Shown here one piece after another: positions 48,175 to 57,513 of a DNA stretch of 64,000 bases. The translations under genes and the position numbers were made by a program. How positions within the stretch are numbered: the first letter of the stretch is position 1; each line of letters begins with the position of its first letter. This stretch comes from a virus. Taxonomy: Duplodnaviria > Caudoviricetes. Under the pieces are notes generated by a model, which worked only from the letters and a program-made list of their open reading frames with translations, had not been told where the DNA came from and searched no databases. The stretch lies in the IMG/VR virus record IMGVR_UViG_3300005844_000001, positions 11,074 through 75,073 of that record. One strand, given 5' to 3'.

Positions 48175-49421
48175 TACTTCTTCTTTTTCTTCGGCGCGGG
48201 CTCTTCGTCCCAATCGTCTTCGTCGTCTTCTTCTTCCTCATCTTCGTCTTTAGCCGGCTTCTTTTTCTTGGGCGTAAGCTCTTCGTCTTCTTCGTCGTCT
48301 ACTGCTGCCGGTTTCTTTTTCTTAGGAGCCGCTTCTTCTTCTTCATCTTCCTCGTCATCCTCGTTAGCGTCCCAGCCCTTGTCATCTTTTTGGGAAGCAA
48401 AGCGATTTTTCTTTTTAGGTCTGGATTCATCTTCGTCTTCGTCGTCGGTATCTTCTTCCTCTTCGTCCTCGTCCTCGTCGTCCTCTATCGGCTTCTTCTT
48501 TTTCTTGGGAGCTTCGTCTTCTTCGTCGTCGTCTACCGGTTTCTTTTTCTTAGGCGTAGGCTCTTCGTCTTCTTCCCAATCGTCCTCGTCCTCTTCCTCT
48601 TCCTCGTCTTCCGGCTCAGCAGCCTTGCGCTTTTTCTTAGGCAGAGTTTCCGTAGTATCTTCTTCCTCGTCTTCTTCTTCGTCCTCTTCATCTTCAGCCG
48701 TCTGGAGAAGGACTTTCTTCAAGTCGTCGTAGGGTTCTTGAACCAGCAACTTGTCCAGGCAGTGAGTCTCTTCCAGAATCTCGTCATCGTATTGCTCCTT
48801 GCGCGGCTTGAAATCGATGGTCTCTGCTTCGACAAACGAATTGCCGGCAAAAGACTTCTCAGTAAAACCGACCTTCAACGTGAACCCATCCTCCAGGAAA
48901 AAGAACTTCTCCCAGCCATCGTCTTCGTCTGAGTCGCGTATCCGCAAGTCCAGCAACCTTCCGAACAAGTGGTAAGAGATATCCCACAACTGAACTCCCT
49001 TGTCCGGCTCTTTGAGATTGATGACGTTGAAGAGCTGGCGCTGCTTCGGAGACAGGTCCTTCGCTGCCGCTTCTTTGTCTTCGTCGCCGTCGGCCGACTT
49101 GAGCAAGCTCAGCCGGTGCTCACAGACGGGGCAGCGCCCCTTGCTGGACATCCGCGCGCACAAGTAGGAATCTTCATTCGCTCCGATGCCGCGATGGGAG
49201 TAATACGTCCGCTCATAATGGAGGTTGCCGGGTTCCGCCCACGGGTTGCCTTTGCCGACGATATACGGGATAATATCCAGCAACATCACTCCAGCTTTCG
49301 CTTTGAATAGCGTGACCTTATCTGGCAACTTCAGGTAAGGAGCGGAGTAACCCGTCGACTGCTTGTCAGCTCGCTCTCGGGCCGACGTGTATCTGCGTTC
49401 TGATTTATTTGACCTACTCAT
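48174..49421 (-). CDS. Single-stranded DNA-binding protein (gp32-like) with very long charged tail
   Basis: H..C..CPVC zinc site, QRQLFNVI, GVQLWD; D/E/K low-complexity C-terminus; between UvsY-like and RecA-like genes. Confidence 0.8.
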   Translation of the reverse strand: MSRSNKSERRYTSARERADKQSTGYSAPYLKLPDKVTLFKAKAGVMLLDIIPYIVGKGNPWAEPGNLHYERTYYSHRGIGANEDSYLCARMSSKGRCPVCEHRLSLLKSADGDEDKEAAAKDLSPKQRQLFNVINLKEPDKGVQLWDISYHLFGRLLDLRIRDSDEDDGWEKFFFLEDGFTLKVGFTEKSFAGNSFVEAETIDFKPRKEQYDDEILEETHCLDKLLVQEPYDDLKKVLLQTAEDEEDEEEDEEEDTTETLPKKKRKAAEPEDEEEEEDEDDWEEDEEPTPKKKKPVDDDEEDEAPKKKKKPIEDDEDEDEEEEDTDDEDEDESRPKKKNRFASQKDDKGWDANEDDEEDEEEEAAPKKKKPAAVDDEEDEELTPKKKKPAKDEDEEEEDDEDDWDEEPAPKKKKK

Positions 49422-49569
49422 TGTTTCTCTCTTTCATTTTTTTGGTTTTGCTCATCGCGCCTCTTGGCCCGAAAATATCCAGATGCTCCGAACTTGACTA
49501 CCATATAAGCTAGAACCGGCAACACGATGCAAGCCAGACCGCCGTAGAGCAGGATGGTAAGCAAGCTCA

Positions 49570-50040
49570 TCAGTCAGTATGGCGGCGCACTTTGCGTTGC
49601 GTCATCTGCTCGACTGCTTCCCGGCCGCGCTCGGAAACTTTGGGGCTGGAGAAGTAGCCCATTCCGTGCAGCTCGACCAGCAGAGTCAAAGTCCGCTTCT
49701 TCGTCTCCAGCGCCCAGACCACTGCCTGACTCAAGTCAGATTGATAGCGAGCTTCGCGGACCTTCTTAGAAGCAGCCTTGAAAGTTTCCCGAGTCTCGAT
49801 GGCCGCCTTGACTGCCGCTTCGGTAATCTTTTCGATACCGTAGACTTCCGGGTTGACCCGAATCTTCTTAGCCAGCTCGGCTTCGACTACATCCAGCTCT
49901 GCTTCCGCTTCCGCCACGTCCCGCTTAGCGTCGGCTGCCTGGTGGGCATACTTGAGATACTGAGACGGCAGCCGAATACATTCCCGGTCCAGATTATGCT
50001 CGTCAATCTGGACCACTGACTCCGTATTGTTTTCGCTCAT
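49570..50040 (-). CDS. UvsY-like recombination mediator
   Basis: IDEHNLDREC..PSQY..KITEAAVKA helical pattern; context. Confidence 0.6.
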   Translation of the reverse strand: MSENNTESVVQIDEHNLDRECIRLPSQYLKYAHQAADAKRDVAEAEAELDVVEAELAKKIRVNPEVYGIEKITEAAVKAAIETRETFKAASKKVREARYQSDLSQAVVWALETKKRTLTLLVELHGMGYFSSPKVSERGREAVEQMTQRKVRRHTD

Positions 50041-50051
50041 AGTTGTATTAT

Positions 50052-50978
50052 CTACTTCATACAGACTACTTCGTAACAAGCCGCCGCCAGTCCAGCCTGT
50101 TTCGAGTCGTAAAAGTTCTTGGAAAAGATATCAATAATCTTGAAAGCTCGCGGAGCCAGTTGCTGGTTCGCCAGCAACACTGAGCGAGCGTAGCCCAATA
50201 CAAGGTAGCGAAGTCCTTCGGGGTCTTCGTCCTTCAAGTCTTTGAGCAGCGTTGCCACCGGAGCCCATTGCGCCCGGGGGTTGATTAGTCCACGAGCCAA
50301 GTCTATCGCCGCCGACTTGTTGACAGAGCTCGCTTGCACTCCGCGCATCTGCTCAGCGTCTCCTTCCAGACCAGCTACCTGCCCCAATACCACCAGCGCT
50401 TTGCGAGCGGAGCCCTCCGCGCACTCGACAATCCCCTGAATTACGTCTTCCGATACCGCAAGCTTCTCCGCGGCTACCACGTCTTCCAGAAGCCCTTTCA
50501 GTAATTTGTCCGCTAGAGCAACCAGGCGGACTTCCGTGCAGCGCGTATGGATAGCTTTGATAAGCTTGGACGAGTCCGTCGTCAGCAGCATGAAGTAGAC
50601 GTGGCTCGGAGTATCTTCCAGCATCTTGAGCACCGCGTTCTGCGCGTCGTTCGTCAGCTTGTGCGCTTCGTCGAGCACCCAAATCCGGCAAGCGCCTTCC
50701 AGTGGGCAGAGATTCATTCGCTGGCGGATAAGGCGGATTGAATCTACTCCGCGGTCATCGCTAGAATTCACTTCGGTAAAGTCAGTTCCGCTGCAGTCCA
50801 GAGCTCGCCGCAAGATTCGAGCGATGGTTGTCTTGCCGCAGCCAGAAGGTCCAGACAGCAAGAGAGCATGCGGAAGTCCCTTGTCCAGTTGCTTCTGGAG
50901 CGAAGCGATAGCTACTTCCTGCCCGATTACTTTGTCCAGCGTACGCGGACGATAGCGTTTATACAACTCGACGGCCAT
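50052..50978 (-). CDS. dnaX: Clamp loader AAA+ subunit (DnaX/RFC-like)
   Basis: LYKRYRP, GPSGCGKTT, LDEAHKLT, TRC, GSARKA. Confidence 0.92.
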   Translation of the reverse strand: MAVELYKRYRPRTLDKVIGQEVAIASLQKQLDKGLPHALLLSGPSGCGKTTIARILRRALDCSGTDFTEVNSSDDRGVDSIRLIRQRMNLCPLEGACRIWVLDEAHKLTNDAQNAVLKMLEDTPSHVYFMLLTTDSSKLIKAIHTRCTEVRLVALADKLLKGLLEDVVAAEKLAVSEDVIQGIVECAEGSARKALVVLGQVAGLEGDAEQMRGVQASSVNKSAAIDLARGLINPRAQWAPVATLLKDLKDEDPEGLRYLVLGYARSVLLANQQLAPRAFKIIDIFSKNFYDSKQAGLAAACYEVVCMK

Positions 50979-50991
50979 AATTTCCTTTCTA

Positions 50992-52455
50992 TTATCTAAG
51001 TCTTTTTCCTGGCTTAGTATATCCTCTTGCAATTCCTTTTTCAGCAGCCCCATCGTTATCTTTGGGACCAATACCCTCTTCTTTTTGATACCAGTTGCCG
51101 CCCGGCGGAGCTACTGCATATTCGATTTGCGGCGGCACAACGAGGAACGGGTAGTGCTTTGGCAGTCCGACTGATACTACGTGGTCGACAATCTTCATAT
51201 ACTTTTTCAACTCGGTTGTCTTTACGTCGCCGACCAAGCTATCGTGGATTTGCCCTACAATCATACTTTCCATCCCGCGCTTCCGCAAGATTCGATTTAC
51301 TTTAATCAACGTCCACAATAGACAGTGGAACGCCGAGCCCTGAATCGGGTAGTTGCAGACCTGCTTCCGGTTGAATACTCCCGGCACACGGAAGCCAGTT
51401 AGCAAGTCGAAGTAGCCGTTTTCCAAATACTTTTTATACCAGACCCGGCGCCACTCTCCATACTTTTGAAAGCGTCGATTCCAAAAGTCATTCTCCACGT
51501 CCCGGACGTGCTTCTCAAACGTACCTTCTATCGGGTCAATTTCGGGGTCGCACTCGCCGAGCGTTACAATCCCCTTGCGCTTGAGATGCGCGTAAAGCGA
51601 CTCCCCTTCGGGCGTCGTCAACTTCCCGCGCCCAATCCACTCCCAAAGCGAGCGAGCGCAGCTTACGTAGAAGTCTCCGTAGAACTGCGGGAACACAAAC
51701 ATATTCTTGGCTCCGTAGCGAGCTTCTTTACTAACTTCCGCCGGCTTGAGCTTGTAGAGTTGAGCTGCCATATCCCGATGCATATCTTTTCCCGGCGTGG
51801 AAATATACTCGATGAACACGGGGTCTTTGTGGTAAGCAGCAGACAGCGCTACTTCAATCCCTTTGAAGTCATTCTCAACTATCTGATGGCCCTCCGACGC
51901 AATAAACAGCGAGCGGATGATTTTGCTAATCTCTTCATCGCGGACGGGGAAGTTCTGGAAGTTGGGAGAGTCGGAGCTGGAGCGGAACGAGCGAGCGAGA
52001 TGGAGATTGTAGCTCGGGTGGATACGGTCTCCGACAATCTCCCGCTCGATGCCTTTGATAAACGTGCCGAGCGCCTTCTCATACTTGAGGAACTTCGCCA
52101 TCTTTTTCACAAAGGGGTGGTCGACTTTCTGAAGAGCTTCCGCGTCGGTCGACGGCGCTCCGCTCTCCGTCTCCGTGTGGACTTTGAAGCCCATAATTTC
52201 AAAGAGCACGGTCCCCAACTGGCTATGCGAAGTAAAGTTTGCCTTAGCGCCGAATCGCTTGCGCCACATCGCCCACACTTTGTCTTGCTCCATCTCCGTT
52301 TTAAGCGTGCGGATTCTTTCGGCCAGCTTCGCTTTCGTGCGCTCCAGCCGAGCCAAGTCAATCCGAATTCCATTCGCTTCGACGCGAGCGAGCTCAATCA
52401 GCCCGTCGTGGAACAGCTGGTAGCCTTGCTGGCGGATAGCGTGAATCTTTTTCAT
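50992..52455 (-). CDS. polA: DNA polymerase family A, polymerase domain
   Basis: RSSSDSPNFQNFP, motif A NDFKGIE, motif B RYGAK..F..FYG, NYPIQGSA, motif C QIHDS. Confidence 0.95.
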   Translation of the reverse strand: MKKIHAIRQQGYQLFHDGLIELARVEANGIRIDLARLERTKAKLAERIRTLKTEMEQDKVWAMWRKRFGAKANFTSHSQLGTVLFEIMGFKVHTETESGAPSTDAEALQKVDHPFVKKMAKFLKYEKALGTFIKGIEREIVGDRIHPSYNLHLARSFRSSSDSPNFQNFPVRDEEISKIIRSLFIASEGHQIVENDFKGIEVALSAAYHKDPVFIEYISTPGKDMHRDMAAQLYKLKPAEVSKEARYGAKNMFVFPQFYGDFYVSCARSLWEWIGRGKLTTPEGESLYAHLKRKGIVTLGECDPEIDPIEGTFEKHVRDVENDFWNRRFQKYGEWRRVWYKKYLENGYFDLLTGFRVPGVFNRKQVCNYPIQGSAFHCLLWTLIKVNRILRKRGMESMIVGQIHDSLVGDVKTTELKKYMKIVDHVVSVGLPKHYPFLVVPPQIEYAVAPPGGNWYQKEEGIGPKDNDGAAEKGIARGYTKPGKRLR

Positions 52456-52457
52456 TT

Positions 52458-52670
52458 TTACTTCTGTTGATAGAGCGCAATACCTGCATCCTTCCTGCGC
52501 TGGTCGTATTCTTTGCCGATTCCAGCTATCAGCGCATCGTAGCACTCCGACGAACAAACACATGGTTCAGTTGGTTGCCCTTGGCAGCCGCAATCAAATC
52601 CGCTACAACAGTATTTTGGGTCATAATCTACAACAGGTTTTCCGCAGATAAGGCAAGGTTCGTCTTTCAT
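52458..52670 (-). CDS. Small Cys-rich protein between the polymerase halves
   Basis: CLIC..CCSGFDCGC..CVCSSEC; ATGA overlap. Confidence 0.65.
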   Translation of the reverse strand: MKDEPCLICGKPVVDYDPKYCCSGFDCGCQGQPTEPCVCSSECYDALIAGIGKEYDQRRKDAGIALYQQK

Positions 52671-53851
52671 AATCCCATATCTTTCATTTGCACCATCGCC
52701 AGCTCGTATTCCAGCCGCGCGTCCATGCCGTTGTAGAGCAGCAACGCCGGCGGATATATTTCGTCAATCCGATTGTAAGGACTACCCTTATTAGCGCTCG
52801 CTAAGTAGGGCTCCGTTGTCTCGTTGAAAGACGAGACGCCGAGCCGGACTAGCGCCTGGAACTTGAGCGAGCAGATACCCGGGCGGTTATCCAAGCAATG
52901 CGCAGCCAGCATCGTATCCCAGCCCCAGTTTCTAACTCCGTGCCCGAACGTCTTCAACGTCCAGCGCTCTTCCATTTTCAAGTTGCTCGATATCTTCTGG
53001 CTCCGCTTCGACTGGAGCAGCAGCCCCGTAACCAGCGAAGTTTTCTGCGTCCACAAGTAAGCAATCGTCCTCCGTCCGTTAGATAGAGCGCAAGAAATTA
53101 TCTGGCCGTCCGGCCACTCTGGTTTGAGGCAAGTCGTTTCATAGTCGACGGCTATCCAACCGCCCACTTCTTCCATCTCTCTTATCGCGCGGCAAGCCGC
53201 TTCGTCCTCGAGCAAGCATTCAATCCCCTCTTCCCACTTCGGCTGCCGCGGCGGAAGCTCGTCCAGCTCAAACGCGGCTTGCAGATGGTTGAGGAATAAA
53301 CAATCCAGCAAAGCGTCTTTCATCCGTAGCAGGTAAGCCGGATGGTAAGTCGGGCAAATCCAGTGGCGCTCAACCGGCATCCGCCAGCCGGTCCAACGGT
53401 CGAGCGCTCCGATATCTCTCCAGTATCCCTCGAGCACGCTGACCAGCGCCGAGCGCCCGAGCGTCAGGACAACTTGCGGCTCATACTTCCGGATAGCGTT
53501 GAGCAAGTTCGGCCGGCAGTAAGAGATTTGCTTGGCGTCTGGCGTGGCGTTTTTCGGAGGGCGGCAAATCAAAGCGTTAGTCGTCCAAGCGTCTCTATCC
53601 AAGTCCACTCCGATTCGCTTCAACGAAGAGCGAAGGAACAAACCAGACTTACCGACGAAGGGACGCCCTTGCTCGTCTTCTTCCACGCCCGGAGCTTCGC
53701 CGACAACCAAGACTCTCTTTGCGCCCTGGCCATACGGCTTAATCTTCGGACTCTCGCAAGTCTTGTAGAGTCCGCAAGCGCCACACTTCGGGACAAACCC
53801 GAATTCCGGCTTGTCTTTCTGGACTTTAGATGATTCGAAAAACCCGCGCAT
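52667..53851 (-). CDS. Family-4 uracil-DNA glycosylase fused to a 3'-5' exonuclease (N-terminal part of the polymerase)
   Basis: CGACGL, VGEAPG..E..GRPFVG, CRPP, TYHPAYLLR; then VDYET, WDTMLAAH, YNGMDA. Confidence 0.92.
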   Translation of the reverse strand: MRGFFESSKVQKDKPEFGFVPKCGACGLYKTCESPKIKPYGQGAKRVLVVGEAPGVEEDEQGRPFVGKSGLFLRSSLKRIGVDLDRDAWTTNALICRPPKNATPDAKQISYCRPNLLNAIRKYEPQVVLTLGRSALVSVLEGYWRDIGALDRWTGWRMPVERHWICPTYHPAYLLRMKDALLDCLFLNHLQAAFELDELPPRQPKWEEGIECLLEDEAACRAIREMEEVGGWIAVDYETTCLKPEWPDGQIISCALSNGRRTIAYLWTQKTSLVTGLLLQSKRSQKISSNLKMEERWTLKTFGHGVRNWGWDTMLAAHCLDNRPGICSLKFQALVRLGVSSFNETTEPYLASANKGSPYNRIDEIYPPALLLYNGMDARLEYELAMVQMKDMGL

Positions 53852-53884
53852 TGCGCTATAGTATCTCTGGCCAGCGCTCCTATT

Positions 53885-53951
53885 CCGTCAGGATTGCACG
53901 ATAGGACCGGTTTTTATTTGATTTGAGTGTCAACATAGCGGCAACTTAGGG
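53885..53951 (+). repeat. Dispersed ~65-bp repeat, copy 3
   Basis: CCGTCAGGATTGCACGATAGGACCGGTTTTTATTTGATTTGAGTGTCAACATAGCGGCA. Confidence 0.8.
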
Positions 53952-53971
53952 TCATTCGCTAGGAACGAAAC

Positions 53972-54184
53972 CTAGTCTTTTGCGACTACCTGCAAAAGCC
54001 TTTGACCGTGAGCAACGACGCAACCGACTTTGTGGCGAATCTCGGGCGAAATAGCAGCAAAAGCGTCGCAGTAGACGCAACGAAAACCCCGGCCCATCAA
54101 CTCTCCGCTACGAGCCGGCTTGAGCGCCAAGTCTACGAACTGCCCGACCAGCTGAACCATTTCCTTTTGAATTGCTTCAGTCAT
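53972..54184 (-). CDS. Small zinc-binding hypothetical protein
   Basis: CVYC..HKVGC. Confidence 0.55.
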   Translation of the reverse strand: MTEAIQKEMVQLVGQFVDLALKPARSGELMGRGFRCVYCDAFAAISPEIRHKVGCVVAHGQRLLQVVAKD

Positions 54185-55226
54185 TGTCTTTCTCTTCTCC
54201 CCTCTCCGGCTCTTCTTCCTCTTCCTGCTTCTTGCCCAAGACCGTGATGTATTCCCAATGCCCGCCGACCACTTTCAATTTCGTCTCTCCGATTACCGCG
54301 TCATCATAGTTCTCGGAAATATACTTGAGCAAGTCCGGAGCGATGCAGAAGTCCAGCGCTGGTCCCTTGTAGTTGACCTTCTTCGATTCCTTATACCAGC
54401 CGGACAGCCCTTCTCCCCGAACGCGAATCACTCCAGTCGTCAACGATACCGATACCAGCGGGTCTCCAGACTTGTCAGCGGCGAAGATAGCCGCCCGGTC
54501 GGTCGCTTCCATCAGCCCTTTCGGGATGACGATATCGTGGCCGTCAACCTCGATGACTTTGTCCAGCGCGGGGTAGTCTTCGGTATAGCGACGGCAGGAG
54601 AAGATTAGCCCCGCTTGACTCTTGAAATGAATCCAGCACTTAGTCATCGCCACTTCGTCCATCCCGAGCGATACGATATGGCGCAACGAAGTCCCGCGCA
54701 CCAAGACCGAAGACTTGATACCGGTCTTTACTTTTACCCGCATGATTTGCATGTTGTCGCACGCTTCCACATGCTCCGGATGAATGTGGATACAAGTCAG
54801 AAGAAAGCGCGACTCGTCTGTGCTGACGCAATGCTGGACTCGACTCACGGCTTCAGTAAACTCCTTGACGAGCGGGTGCCAATGCTTCGGAGTCTCGACC
54901 CTATCAATCGGGAGAAATATCTCCGCGTCTTTCGTCACGCCGAACCGCTTTTTCTTGCCGCGAAACTCCAGCTCTCCTTTCTCGTTTTCTTCCACCAGCA
55001 ACTCGGGGTCAGTCAGCTTCCCCAAAATCGCCAGCAACGAAGCCGCCTGCACGGCGCCAGTCACTTTGATTCCGACTTTCATCCGGCAAGCCACTTCGTC
55101 GTTGAAAGTCATCACCATCCCGTCCTGGAAAGCGAAGCAACTCGATTGCTCGAGGAATTCTCGCGGAGACAAGCCAGCCTTGACCAGCTCCAAAACATTC
55201 AGAAACTCTTCTCGGTTGATTTTCAT
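54177..55226 (-). CDS. dnaN: Sliding clamp (DnaN beta-like)
   Basis: MKINREEFL.., VSTDESRFLLTCIHI, EDYPAL; ~350 aa; near the clamp loader. Confidence 0.8.
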   Translation of the reverse strand: MKINREEFLNVLELVKAGLSPREFLEQSSCFAFQDGMVMTFNDEVACRMKVGIKVTGAVQAASLLAILGKLTDPELLVEENEKGELEFRGKKKRFGVTKDAEIFLPIDRVETPKHWHPLVKEFTEAVSRVQHCVSTDESRFLLTCIHIHPEHVEACDNMQIMRVKVKTGIKSSVLVRGTSLRHIVSLGMDEVAMTKCWIHFKSQAGLIFSCRRYTEDYPALDKVIEVDGHDIVIPKGLMEATDRAAIFAADKSGDPLVSVSLTTGVIRVRGEGLSGWYKESKKVNYKGPALDFCIAPDLLKYISENYDDAVIGETKLKVVGGHWEYITVLGKKQEEEEEPERGEEKDND

Positions 55227-55249
55227 TCAATCGTATTATCTCAAAGCAA

Positions 55250-55281
55250 ATGAAGAAAGCGTGCAGAGTATTGCACGCTTT
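55250..55281 (-). terminator. Probable terminator hairpin
   Basis: AAAGCGTGCA / TGCACGCTTT inverted repeat after the 55307 stop. Confidence 0.55.
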
Positions 55282-55306
55282 CTTCCGAACTGGCGAGTCT
55301 TTACTT

Positions 55307-55960
55307 TTACTCTTTGGCCGCTTTGGCCAAGCGATACTCGTTCTTGCCATTCTCTTTGCGGACTTCCAGCAAACCGCTCTTGACCTGGTCGGCCAAGTTG
55401 CCGTTGATTTTGCCGGGAGGGACGCCAGACTCTTCTTCAATCTGAGCGATGGTTTTCCACGCTCGGGAAAAGGCCGTATTCGTCTGGGCGCGAATCGTCC
55501 CGAGCCGGCAGCCGTATTTGTCTTTCTCGACCGTCGACTTGCCGCCAGCTTTCTTTGCCTTGGCCGGCTTGCTCTTTTTGACTTTCCGCGCCGGAGTCTT
55601 CGCCAGAAGCTTCTTCAACTTCTCTTTGACGCTAGCAATGGAATCTTTCGCCCGAATCTTGATGTCCAGCTTGCGCTCTTCGATGAAAGCGCGAATAGCC
55701 GCCTTGTCCATCGAGTCGACATCAATCACTTCGTCAACTTCTTCCTCTTCGGCCGGAGCTTCGTCCGCCAGCTGGATATCGCCGTCGGCCGCAATCAACT
55801 CGTTCAACAGGGGGACGAATTGCGCTTTCACGTCGCTCTCGCTGACCTTCGTCGGCACCAGCTGGATTTTCTTGAGCAGCTTGGCGTCGTCCCAATCGGC
55901 GGCGCTCGGAAAGCCCAAATCGACCAACATAGCAACCGCGTCATTTCTCTTGATTTTCAT
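55307..55960 (-). CDS. Multi-domain DNA-binding-like protein (Lys-rich linker, C-terminal winged HTH-like)
   Basis: DSMDKAAIRAFIEE helix pair; KTIAQIEEESGV..INGNL..GLLEV. Confidence 0.6.
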   Translation of the reverse strand: MKIKRNDAVAMLVDLGFPSAADWDDAKLLKKIQLVPTKVSESDVKAQFVPLLNELIAADGDIQLADEAPAEEEEVDEVIDVDSMDKAAIRAFIEERKLDIKIRAKDSIASVKEKLKKLLAKTPARKVKKSKPAKAKKAGGKSTVEKDKYGCRLGTIRAQTNTAFSRAWKTIAQIEEESGVPPGKINGNLADQVKSGLLEVRKENGKNEYRLAKAAKE

Positions 55961-56071
55961 ACTGTTTTCCTTCTTTTGTTTTGAAGCCGTTATGGCCTCG
56001 ATTGTTTTTATTATCTCCTTAGAGCGGAAAGATTCCCCATTTATTTTTGGGAATCTTTTCCACTAGCCAAT

Positions 56072-56099
56072 CTATCGACCGCTTGTGGAAATACTTTAG
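56072..56099 (-). promoter_or_regulatory. sigma28-like promoter
   Basis: CTAAAGTATTTCCACAAGCGGTCGATAG (TAAA-N15-GTCGATAG). Confidence 0.6.
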
Positions 56100-56106
56100 G
56101 GGAAAT

Positions 56107-57513
56107 TTACCACGTGGAAATCATTGCGGGGTTGACGAGCGCCAGAGAGCCGGCGACAGTGACGCACTTCGTCTCGTAATAAACTCCTTCGCGAAGGAGA
56201 ATCCAGTTCAAGCGAAATATCCCCAGCTGCTTTTCCTTCTCCGTTTGATTCAACCCCACCATTCCAGTAACGTGAGAAAGCTTGCGCTTGTCTTCGCTGA
56301 AATTGCTCCGGCGCAAAAGGACGCCGTCGTATGACGCCGCGTCCGATTGAGTAGCCGTCAGAACCAAGCAGTGGTAATCTTGCGACAAGCGACGCAAAGC
56401 TTTCCACGTCTCGTTTGTCTGGTGCCGGAAGTCTTGCCCCTTCAATCCAGCTTCCGGCGCTAAGATATCCGCGTAGTCAACCACCACGACGTCCGGATAC
56501 CAACCCTCGTGGATTTTCGCATCCATACTAACGCGGATATCCGCGACGGTCGTAGTCGAATTCGAAGAGCACTCCAACTCCAGTAGGGAAGAATTTGACG
56601 CGGTCAGTTTTAAGATTGTCTCTTGAGCGAGCTTTGCCTCATTCTCTGACAGTCGAGAGTCGTAACTGGAAGAGCGCCGCTTCACTTTTATTTTCCCATC
56701 CGACCCTAGTTGGATTTTAACGGGGCGCGATACGTCGCCAGCTTCCAGCGGACGGCGCGCAGCGCGGGCGATAAACCGCCGCATCATTTGGTTCTTGGAC
56801 ATATCCCCTACCGAAAAGAACATCGTCCGGCGCTTAGACTTCGCCGCGGCTCTCCACGCCACGTCAATCAACCAAAAAGATTTGCCGCGCTTCTCCGGCG
56901 CGAGGAAAGCGATAAACCCATCCCGGCAGAGATGCTGGCCGAAGAATTCTCCGATATCCCCAGGGTAAAGAACCAGGGACTGGTCTTCATTTATCGTCAG
57001 CGCTTCTCTCCACGCTTCAAAGTTAGTAAAGACAGAAACTCCAGCGCGGGCGTCAAACGATACGGGATTGAATTGCGCCATCTTCTCTTTGACCGTATCC
57101 AAATCTTTCCGCAACAAACTTTCCTCCAGAGAGTCTTTCAAGCGAGTATAACGAATCTCGGAGAAATAGCGGGACGCGGAATCAACCAAATACTCCTCGT
57201 TGAGCTCCTTCGCCAAAGCTTTGTAATCGTCGCTCAGAGAGCCCAAGTATTTTTCAATCAAATCCACTTCCGGAGAGTCTCCGTGCTTGTCCGCGAAGCC
57301 GCTAAACAGAAGTCGGATATTTTCCCGAGGCGCTTTTCCGTATTCGTTGTAGAAGTCCCGGCACCAAACGTAGATTTGATTAGACCACTTCGACCGAAAC
57401 GGCTTCGCTTCCTGCTTGAGCCCAGAAACTACTTTGCCCAATACCCTCGAGTTGACAATTAGCGCAGTCAAGATAGACCGCTCTTCGTCGCTCTGGTATT
57501 TCTGGACTTTCAC
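56107..57513 (-). CDS. dnaB: DnaB-like replicative helicase
   Basis: APEKRGKS Walker A, VVVDYADIL, LTATQS, NFSEDKRK. Confidence 0.88.
   Translation of the reverse strand: MKVQKYQSDEERSILTALIVNSRVLGKVVSGLKQEAKPFRSKWSNQIYVWCRDFYNEYGKAPRENIRLLFSGFADKHGDSPEVDLIEKYLGSLSDDYKALAKELNEEYLVDSASRYFSEIRYTRLKDSLEESLLRKDLDTVKEKMAQFNPVSFDARAGVSVFTNFEAWREALTINEDQSLVLYPGDIGEFFGQHLCRDGFIAFLAPEKRGKSFWLIDVAWRAAAKSKRRTMFFSVGDMSKNQMMRRFIARAARRPLEAGDVSRPVKIQLGSDGKIKVKRRSSSYDSRLSENEAKLAQETILKLTASNSSLLELECSSNSTTTVADIRVSMDAKIHEGWYPDVVVVDYADILAPEAGLKGQDFRHQTNETWKALRRLSQDYHCLVLTATQSDAASYDGVLLRRSNFSEDKRKLSHVTGMVGLNQTEKEKQLGIFRLNWILLREGVYYETKCVTVAGSLALVNPAMISTW

Noticed and set aside
48147-48932. Plus-strand Phe/Leu-rich and poly-Ser ORFs
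   Set aside because: Antisense shadows of the GAA/GAC/AAG-rich SSB tail
52456-52670. Intron or intein splitting the polymerase
   Set aside because: Only ~215 nt, occupied by a coupled ORF with clean start/stop junctions; no homing endonuclease or splice motifs seen
8783-57462. Long plus-strand ORFs such as 8783-9682, 22908-23984, 36280-37272, 51466-52470 and 56710-57462
   Set aside because: Fully antisense to well-supported genes and without recognisable motifs
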